Shown here: positions 1 through 8,704 of the stretch, in pieces
Numbering within the stretch: the stretch's first letter is position 1
How the letters are laid out: each line of letters begins with the position of its first letter
Source: Macrostomum lignano
Taxonomy: Eukaryota
NCBI GenBank assembly: GCA_002269645.1
Contig: NIVC01000300.1
Coordinates: forward strand, 1-64,000
Length of the DNA: 64,000 nucleotides
Direction of reading: 5' to 3'
Notes under the pieces: model-generated
Told to the model about the DNA's origin: nothing
Seen by the model: only the letters and a program-made list of their open reading frames with translations
Databases searched by the model: none
Program-made: the position numbers and the translations under genes

Positions 1-1746
1 CTATCAGTTGGAATGTTCCCAATTTCATCGCGTGATAGCCATAAAAAATCGCCAACTGGTAAAGGTTGAATCATGCAGCTTGAGTAGAGCGAATCAGCGT
101 CCAAGTATGCTAGATAAGTTCCATATGGTGCATTTTTTCGCAAGCTTTCAAAGTCCGGATCAAGTCGATCAAACTCGCTTCTGTATTCTGCTACACTCGG
201 GTTATTGGCCGTCGTTACATGTCGCGTTCCAAAACTGAAACCGCCTCGAATGGAGGACTCAACTTCGGCATACATAGATGCGTCGGTAAACAATTTTATT
301 GGTTCGTCTACCGCAACAGGCAGGCTACCATGCTAAACATTGGTGCACCCAAAAAGTGAGTCGGATCGAGACCATATTCACGCAGCGCAGTCTGACGAAA
401 ATTTTCAAAGACGTCGCATAGCAGCAGTACATCAAGCAACAAATAGGCTGTTGTGTAATCTCGAAGATTTCGACACTCGAACTGATTCCAAGCTGCACAA
501 GCTCGACCATAATCTTCTTCCGTGCAGTGCGTCGCTGTTTTCCTCGCTTGCTCAATAACCGGTTCAAATTGCGAATTGGTAAATAATGGCCAAATTCAAA
601 ATCGTCATACCGCGGCACAAACAGGCAGCTTGCAAAATAACAATCGCCATCATATTTGCTTCTTTGCGAGTAAAATAATGTGCTCGTCTTGGTCTCGTGA
701 TCCCACACAAATACTCGTAGACTAACTCTCGGATTGCGTCGGCAAAATGTTTTGTACGATCTACTTGAATGGCGAGCTGGTCCATTAGCTTGTCGACCAA
801 AATTAAATTCTCTCATCCATTGCACATAGCTGTCTTTCCTTTTCGCATTTTGCACACAAGGATGAAATATACTCGCCAATATTGAGTAGCGATATTGAGT
901 CGTACTGATTTGCTCTGTGCGGCTTTAGAAGCAGTACTGCTCCAGCTTTGCGCCCGATTGAGACTGGAACTTTAAACGCCCGCTGTTTAATCGGACAGGA
1001 CCGGACTGGACCGGACTCCCGCGCCCGCCGCCGCCGCCGCCGCCACCATCACCACCGCTGCCGCCCGCCCCCACACCATCGTGGGACGTATTTGTTGACA
1101 GTGTGCTTGCATGGCTTTTGCAATAAACGCAGAGCATCAAGTCTAGCTGCTCGATTGCTCTATATTGCCAATTACTACCTCGAGATTAAAAATTGTCAAT
1201 TTTTATTAACAGCTGATTAGTAGCGCGTGCGAACCAGTCATTGTAGGCCTCGGAGAAAACAGCATGTCACTGTTTGCAATCGTCTCATCAAATGATATTT
1301 TCGCAATGTTGGTATTAAAATAGACCGAAATGATCTCTTCTCTGCTCGAGCCATCGCTGTCGTCGTCGTCTGCTTTCGGTCGAAATAGTGTCACTTTCAA
1401 GTGAAAGCAGACTCTTATTAATAAACTGGGTGAGCCAATTTTTTCCAATATTTTAAATATTAGTCCTCTTAAAGATGCAATCAACTCGCCAGGAAGTAAC
1501 TCGCCAGAGCTGCTGCTGCTGTCTTGTTGTTCAAGAGAGGGAGTAAATTCGACAAAATTTACCCGACCACGATGAGCTGACTCGCGCAAAGTGATGGACC
1601 ACCCATCTGGTGAGTTTTCGATCAGGTTTTGCAGTGATCCGGCCAGTAATCGTTCCGGCGAAAAACAATCACCATGCGAGTGAGCATGCAGCTCAGCTTG
1701 ATTGCTGAACTTTTTTTCTGCAGATTTGACATTGTGCACGCGGCAT
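1..1746 (-). pseudogene. Protein-primed family B DNA polymerase (pPolB), frameshifted, with a large internal deletion; 3' end outside the window
   Basis: Joining frames gives MPRAQCQICRKKFSNQAELHAHSH (zinc finger), YFNT, EGSNW, SILASIFHP, NPRVSLRVF and GHYLPIRNLNRLLS. It then jumps to EDYGRACAAWNQFECRNLRDY, LLLDVLLLCDVFENFRQTALREYGLDPTHF, ESSIRGG, ANNP and YLDADSLYSSCMIQPLPVGDF, all typical Polinton PolB motifs. Confidence 0.9.
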
Positions 1747-2074
1747 TGTGTGCACCTAGCTCGACTACGAGCGTATCGAACATAAAGCCTTGTATCAAAT
1801 CAAAATCTACACAATTAATAGTATCGTTGATAAATCGTAAAACTGAGACTATCTGAGAATTTGATTTACAGCCATTTACTCGTATAGTTAGTTTTCCTGC
1901 TGGATAAAGTAGGATTTTAGCGTTTGAATAAATTGTCTTTAGCATTGTTGGTCGGCTTAGGAATAGTTTGCAAAACCGGTTTCTGGTCTGTAGCTTCTGT
2001 TTGGCCTGCTTTAAATCAAATTTTTCAAACGGGTGCAGCTTCAGACTCGCAGTAACTATTAATAGGACAAGTCG
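1690..2074 (-). CDS. Polinton ORF with similarity to one TATA-binding-protein (TBP) repeat
   Basis: Open frame from a TTTTAG acceptor-like site at 2075: RLVLLIVTASLKLHPFEKFDLKQAKQKL...SRPTMLKTIYSNAKILLYPAGKLTIRVNGCKSNSQIVSVLRFINDTI. Resembles the TBP repeat IVSTVNL..KLDLK...TALIFSSGKMVCTGAKS. ATG at 1945. The 3' end overlaps the pPolB start. Confidence 0.5.
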
Positions 2075-2286
2075 CTAAAACGGAAAGTAAATAATAAGAA
2101 AAGTTTAACAAGACTATACTATTGTTAATTCTAATATTAAGTAACAAAACCTGGTTGGCGTACAAAGAGTAGCAAAAAATATTTTGAGCTTTTCCCTAAA
2201 AATAATACTGTTTTCCTAGCCAAAAATTTGATAAATATAGTGGAATAAGTTAGTTAAAACTTGGATAAAATTAGTCAAAAAATTTG

Positions 2287-3420
2287 TTACTCATCATCAG
2301 AGCTGCTGTACGAATCGTCCGATGAATACACGCTAGCTGTAGTAGCGTCCGCATCAGCAGCAGCACGCTTTAAAAATGCTGTCTCCTTGGACGCCACCCG
2401 GGTTCCAGAGGGTCCGGCAGGTGTACTCACCAAGATCTTTACTGGTGGAGCCTCCACCCAGTCTGTGCCATCTGCACCAGCTTCGGCAGAATTGTTTTGC
2501 TGTTTTGCACCGCTGCGTTTGCGAACTTGCTTTTTAGCCACCGGTTCAATAGATGCTGGCGCTGCATTCGATGGAGTCGACTTCTTCGATACGGTGGTGG
2601 TAGACCGACGCTTTGCAGGTGACTTGGCAGGCGTCACCTGGCTTGAATTCTGCCGGCTTTGTTCATCTGCTTCTTCTTGGTCACGGGTAGACGTTGGGGA
2701 CGGACTCCTGCTTCTAATTGCTGGCTTGGTCGCAGTTACGTGTGCAAGCACTCCCTTGAACATGCCAAGGTGCTGCAACATGTTGTCGGAAGATTCTATG
2801 AGCGTTAGAGAGCGCACAGCGAATTTAATGCGCCAGACGAGGCAGCCTTTTGGACAATACAAGCTCGTTGCTTGCACTGTCATTTGGTAGGTACGATTGT
2901 TGAGGCACAAACTCGAGGACGTCGTTCGCATGCTGATGAGCTGGTTTTGTTAGTCGTGCCAAGGTTCGAACATCTTGAATCTCGTTCAACTTGGTCGATA
3001 GACCTTTTTCGACTTGACTGCAAAACATTATATAAATTATGATTATAGTTTCCTATAATTAATTGTATAAATTAAACATGTATGTATATGCTACTCACCG
3101 GAGAGAGTGGAAGAGTTCCTTATCACAGCTGTCTGGATGAAATTGGACACTTACTGCGTCGCGAGAGTCGTGTCTGCAAGACGGATGATCGAGCTCTGGC
3201 CTTTCTGTGATTCCATGAAAAAGCTCCATTGGAGCCTTGGATTGCAATATAATTATGTACCATTTTGTACACTCGATTGATGGTTTCCATGCAATAGATC
3301 GAGACTGGCAGGACGAACCAGTCGTGGTTGTAGACTGCTCTCCAACGTAGAAAATCGAACTCGAGTCGGAGCGCACAATTGACTCCGTCTTGATGCAAGC
3401 TGCCATGTCTTACAAGCAAT
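2287..3420 (-). CDS. Spliced orphan ORF inside the Polinton, 5'-truncated; Ser/Thr/Ala/Lys-rich low-complexity tail ending SSDDE
   Basis: GTGAGT donor at 3098 and TTTTGCAG acceptor at 3018 define an 81-nt AT-rich intron that joins ...KELFHSLR to QVEKGLSTKL in phase. A probable frameshift near 2830 leads into the 2287-2931 frame. Confidence 0.55.
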
Positions 3421-3429
3421 TGCGGTTTG

Positions 3430-4038
3430 TTTAACCCTCGCCGAGTGTTATCAGTGCACATGCTCATGGACTTAAAAGTCACAATGCATTATATCCGCAC
3501 CGAAGTCTAAGCCTTGGTACGTTTACTATACCCGAGGATCGTCTAGCCATACGCATGAAAATTTGTTTCCTAGTGGAGTACCACGACTTTTATTGATGGC
3601 AATCGTAAGCAATAAGGCATTCAATGGAAGCATGGACACTAATCCGTTCAACTTTGAGCATGCAAATGTGAGCAGCGTTGGTGTGTTTGTGAATGGAGAC
3701 TCGGTGCCATCGCGTCCGCTGCAGACAAACTTTGGAGATGATTGTGTGACAGAGTATAATTTTTTGCTACAACAGCTTGGAATCTATCTACAGGGACGAG
3801 ATATTGGATTTAATATGCTGGATTACGCCAATGGTTACTCAATTTTACATTCAGTCTTGGAAGTGAACCTGGTGTTGGACGGGGAGTGCAACTGTATAAG
3901 GAAGGAAATGTAAAACTAGAGTTACGCTTCAATGCTGCAACTAGTACCGTGTACAACGTCGTATTTGGAGGTATATTTGACAAGCAACTGCAACTGACTG
4001 AACTTCGCGACATTGTTCCTGGCACAGTATGGAAGTAA
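3430..4038 (+). pseudogene. Polinton major capsid protein (double jelly-roll), C-terminal part only, two frameshifts
   Basis: PSVISAHAHGLKSHNALYP..TFTIP / GSSSHTHENLFPSGVPRLLLMAIVSNKAFNGSMDTNPFNFEH..VNGDSVP..YANGYSI / FTFSLG..EGNVKLELRFN..VVFGGIFDKQL. Frameshifts at ~3535 and ~3845. The stop at 4036-4038 overlaps the protease ATG. Confidence 0.85.
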
Positions 4039-4591
4039 TTGATTCTATCCTAGAGCGTGGTGTAACAGATCGCTTCTTTCGAAATGTTGTATCGAAATTG
4101 TGCGCACATTTTTTAAATGTTGAATTTCTTGGTGTTTTTCCTCAAAACTTTGTTGGTGGACTTAAACGCCTACCTTTAGATGGTAAAGACTATTTTTTTA
4201 TCGTTAATACTGACGTCTCCAACCTGCCCGGAAAACATTGGGAATGCGTTTGGGTTTATGGTCATCGAGCAGGTGGCGGTAGCAAACGACTTGGTGAATA
4301 TTTTGATTCTCTTGGTCTAGTACCACTGCCAAGAATAGCAAAATGGTTAGGAAAGGAGTGTGGAAATTCGAAAAATTGGTGTTATAGTCGCTTTGCTACC
4401 CAATACCCACAGAGTGGAAGTTGCGGATTTTGGGTAATTTTTTTATTTTTCATAAGTTGACTACCAGAAGAAACCTAGAGTGTTTTATTCGAAGCGTTTT
4501 TAAACGGAATATAAGTCGCACTGGTTCGTTTCGATACTTGTATGGTAAATTACGCAATTTTGTTTTAAGAGTGCTGCCTCAATATTTGTAA
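4029..4591 (+). CDS. Adenain-like (C5) cysteine maturation protease of the Polinton
   Basis: FLGVFP, IVNTD..PGKHW, EYFDSLG and QYPQSGSCG carry the His/Asp/Gln/Cys catalytic residues. The annotated ORF stops at 4460. A 1-nt shift in the T run at ~4440 would extend it to TAA at 4589-4591. Confidence 0.9.
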
Positions 4592-5749
4592 ACTCGCTAA
4601 TTTGTGCGTCAAATTGTGTTTGTATCTAGTTGAAATATACAATACTGCTTGAAAAGAAGAATTTAAATGCGTTAAGTTATACGCGAAATAAGCTTTGTGT
4701 CAAATTGAATTTTGGTTGGGCTTGTAATTAGCTGCATTCATTGCGGAAAGAGTTTAGGTTGATAGACAGGTGTTTGCGTAAAAGTGATTCAGCTAATTGG
4801 TTAATTCATTGCGTAAAAGCTAGTTTGCGTGCACGGCAAATTTCGGACTCTGCCATTTTTTTGGGGCTGTACTTACTATGTATTTCGCCATAAGGAAATC
4901 GGCTTTGTGTCAAAGAAACATATACTACTTATGATTCCATGCGCGCGGTCACGTAAAATTGGGGCTTGCCGCTCGCTTAAGACCCGAGACGCCTACGAGG
5001 GCCAAAAACCCAAGGCACACATTTTACACTGCCTGAAAACACGGTTAAGGGTCACTTAATGTCGCGGTTTCGTTTAGGCTTTTATTTGGCGCCTGAGATC
5101 ACAAGTAGTAAGTTCTCCCGTTGCTCTGAACTCTGTTGGATACGAGAGTGATTTTATGCGTAGTTCAAGGAACGGTTCAATTGCGTCGAAGTCTTTACTT
5201 TAATCCCTCTCGAGCTTGGAAGTCAGCAATGTCATCAATTTTCTGACAGCAGGCAGGTCTTCCAAAAGGGACGTCTTCGTCCAGAAATTGCAGAATCAGA
5301 ATCTGTGTTTCTATCCGTTACTATAGGATTATCAATCAATCAACCAACAATCAAACAACAGTCAATGAAAATCTAAGGATATTAAAATCGGTCAAAGAGA
5401 TTTTATCTAATAACCTTAGGTATAAATAAAGGAGGCCAATGACTCAATAAAATCAGCGGAAATCGGTTTCTCAGTCAATTGACCGCAAATTTGCTCTCGA
5501 GAATCAAATAGCAAAGACGATCTTCTCTCAGAAATGTGGTCCCAGCTGTTTCTTCGTTTCACGCCTGACACCCTGACACCCTGACACCCTGACATCCTGA
5601 AACACCCTGACATGTTATCCGTAAACTCGCGAATTTTCACGGATGACACCCTAAATTTTTACAACACCTGGCAGTGATATTGCATATATTCTTTATAAAA
5701 TCATTTCTAAATTATGTTTGAATTCGCACCGCTTCCCTGTTACATGCAG

Positions 5750-7421
5750 TCGTCAATCACGAGGTTCCGAGTGCGTCAGTCCGTGTTCGACTACGGCAAC
5801 CGAACTGCCCGACTGTTTCAGAAGCTGCCGGACTTTCCGGTAAGATGACAAAAAACTCTGTGGTTTGTGCAGTTCTTCCTATTAACAGTAGACTCATCTG
5901 CTTTGTAAACTTGTTGCAACATTCCAGGTCGTTAACGGCACTTTAAAGCTGACGCTGGCCAAGAACACCATTCTGACCCTGACCACGATGGACGACGCGG
6001 GACCGACGGACGATCCGTCTCAGATCGTTAACGAGAAGGCGCCAACCAACGAGACCTTCTTCCCGGATGTCTATCGAGAGGACATCAACGGTGCGGAGTT
6101 CTTGCCAACGGCCAATAAGAATACCATCATTAGACTGCCGATGATCTGGGTTAGGGTTAGGGTAGGGTTTAGGTTATGGTTTGGGATTTGGTCAAGCCAG
6201 ATGCATCCTTTATCAATTGGATCTCTGGTTCATCGTCGGACAAGCCTTGACGACTTCAACAAAATGAGAAAGACGAGTGCAATAATTTACAAGCTTATCA
6301 TTTGTTTTTTCTTGTATTTCGGCCAGCCCCTCGATGTCGGACCCTCAAGAAACACGGGCCCGCTAGTCGTTGCTCTCATGAGTTCCATGCCAAGAGTAGG
6401 TCAATCCAGTCAAGTTTGGCTGCAAGTTTGGTTGCAAAGACCATAGCTAGACAAAGCTTTGAGATGCTCCACACTGACGGTTAGGTGCGAAAATGATGAA
6501 AGACCGGTCCATGCGCTTGAACTACACGAGCACAGGCTGCGTAACCTTCAGTGGTATCCCTCAGATTGGCAACCAGATTTCGTCAAAGTTGATCAGAATA
6601 TTGATTTCCAACCTCGATCCCCGCTTTCATCTCCTTGACCGTGGCAGAGCTGCGCGATGAGGAGGAGCCGCGCTACCTTGCACCTCAGGCCGGCGTCTGG
6701 GAGGTTCGCTCCGCACCCGACGGCAAGCGAGCCATGGCGCAGGTGGTGACGCAGCCGCCAGTTGACACCTGCTATCCCCGATTCCCCAGGCCTGGCGCCC
6801 TGATTGGAGACTACAGCTGGACGGACTCGAGAATCAACTGCTCAGTGTGGCTGCCCACCTGGGCGAACGCCAGCACCGGTGTCTACCTGGGGCTGCAGGC
6901 CAATCAGGCTGGCGCATCGATGGTGCATTCTAGCGGCGTTTTTGCCTGGTTGCTGCCGCTGCAGGGCCCCGGCTGTGGCGGATACTGCACCGTACTGCTC
7001 ATGACCAGGGACTATGGTGAGCTGCTTGATTTGCTCATGACCAGGGACTATGGTGAGCTGCTTGATTTGCTCATGACCAGGGACTATGGTGGGTTGCTTC
7101 GGAGCATGGAGACATGGAAGAGAAAACAAAAGGTTATTAAAAAGTCTTTTTGGGTTAAGTACTTTTGTCCCGATGCAACAACCCGCAGGCATGCAGCAGG
7201 CGGTGTACTCATCCGTGCTTGACGGGCTGGCCAGAGACAGCTGGATCTCGGTGTCCCTGCAGATGCTGAAGGGCTTCGTGCAGCTGAGAGTCAACCACAA
7301 GCTGGCCTACAATGGCACTTCCGGCTGGGAGAAGTTGCCGTCCGGCTGGGCTGCCGTTGGAACTCAAAACTTTGGAGTCGCCTACTTCAAGGACCTCTCA
7401 GTGGAGAGGCTGGGTGACTGA
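5750..7421 (+). CDS. GALC: Galactocerebrosidase (GH59), last four exons: 5750-5839, 5928-6090, 6648-7016, 7189-7421
   Basis: VVNGTLKLTL..TLTT..FP..Y, QAGVWEV..QVVTQPP..IGDYSWT..GVYLG..G..GVFAW and GWAAVGT..F..A.FKDLSVE match the GH59 central and lectin domains. All GT/AG junctions are phase-consistent (0,1,1). Confidence 0.85.
6995..7095 (+). repeat. 36-bp tandem repeat (about 3 copies) that duplicates the GALC splice donor
   Basis: TGCTCATGACCAGGGACTATG|GTGAGCTGCTTGATT twice, plus a third copy with GTGGG. Confidence 0.9.
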
Positions 7422-7730
7422 ATTGGCTTAGGCGATGATATTCTGAGAGAACAGATTACGAGACGTTAAGCCTATTTGTAAAACAAGAGTTCCGCATCTC
7501 GTTGTGTTTAACTTAGGGCTGCCGAATAATCGGCGTTATTTACACAGAGCTCAGAACATCGTAGTAAAAATTTAGTAGCTAAAGTCCAACAAGCAGACAA
7601 TATCTCAGCAGAGAACTCATCAGTTTTAAACAGTATTGATTTTCAGATCGCATCTATTATGCTGCATGGCAACTGGTTACCTATAAGAATTCTCAAGCCG
7701 CGTGAATTTATTTCCCCTATGCAAAGTGTC

Positions 7731-7736
7731 AATAAA
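7731..7736 (+). terminator. Candidate polyadenylation signal of GALC
   Basis: AATAAA about 310 nt after the stop codon. Confidence 0.4.
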
Positions 7737-8294
7737 ACAGTGGAAATTGATTTCAAAAACAGCAACAGAATGCTGTTGTTGATTGATTATCGAACTTTAT
7801 TACATTAATATTTACGAAATTTATTTTGATAAACATAAGCGACATCATCTATGCCGACAATTTACTACTGGAGCCTACTTATAATATATTTAATGTACAA
7901 TAATGCAGCTAATGTACACAACTTTACAGGTCTAGAATGAAAAACAAAACTTTTTTTCAATTTTATTGCATCAGCAAAAAACGACGGGAAATGACGCAAT
8001 TTTCCGGTGTTTTCCAGTAAAGCAGAAATGTGCTGCAAATTTGAGCGGGAAATTTAAAATTAAATGTTTTATTGCATTTTAAATTAAAAAATGATTGATT
8101 TTTAGATACTGCTTTCAATGCAACTATTGCACTGTACCATTGCACTGTAGGATGCTTTATACTACTTACTGTAAGTAGCTTAAAATACATTGCCCAGTGC
8201 AACATCCTGAAATATACTTTAAGAAAATGAAACGAAATTTTTGAATGACAAAACAACCCTTCTGATTTGATGCATGACGCAAGCGCGGGTTTTG

Positions 8295-8448
8295 AAACAC
8301 CTGATGGCCACTGTCAGAGTTTATGAGATCTGTCGGTTTTGGCCATAGAAGGGACCAAGGAACCCCCCCCCAAATTTTGCACCAAAACTCTGAACAGACG
8401 CCTAGATGAAAGTAGTATCATTACGTTATCAGTGGCCATCAGGTGTTT
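8295..8448. repeat. 19-bp perfect inverted repeat pair enclosing 116 bp (MITE-like)
   Basis: AAACACCTGATGGCCACTG (8295-8313) and CAGTGGCCATCAGGTGTTT (8430-8448). Confidence 0.7.
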
Positions 8449-8704
8449 TTGTAACTGTTCACAGTAAGAGGGTTAAGAGAAAAACACTACAATGCATTCT
8501 AATGTACACTACTACTAGTATTATATGCAGTGCTGTACGAGCTCGTTTGAAACACAGTCTGCTAGCTGGAAAGTTAGTCCATCCGGCGCAATTGCTGGTC
8601 AACCATCTACTGGAAGAGACACAATTTCTGTCAATCGCACACGCACAGTCTTCTTCTGGCTTCTTTCAAGCCGGTCAGGAGAAAAATGAGCAGCCGCTCG
8701 GAGC

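Larger units (their letters stand above)
1..4929. mobile_element. Polinton/Maverick (adintovirus-like) element, decayed and internally deleted; runs off the left edge; right end uncertain
   Basis: Protein-primed PolB (minus), double-jelly-roll MCP C-terminus and adenain protease (plus) lie together in an AT-richer block. ACTACT at 4924-4929 is a candidate Polinton terminus, preceded by short repeated CTTTGTGTCAAA-like motifs. The partner terminus is not in the window. Confidence 0.9.

Noticed and set aside
5104-5109. AGTAGT as a Polinton terminus
   Set aside because: Wrong orientation for the right end of the element to its left, and no Polinton-like sequence follows.
6148-6173. Telomere-like GGGTTAGGGTTAGGG in a GALC intron (also TTAGGG inside the 12175-12370 units)
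   Set aside because: Only two perfect units, too short to indicate a chromosome fusion or healing site.
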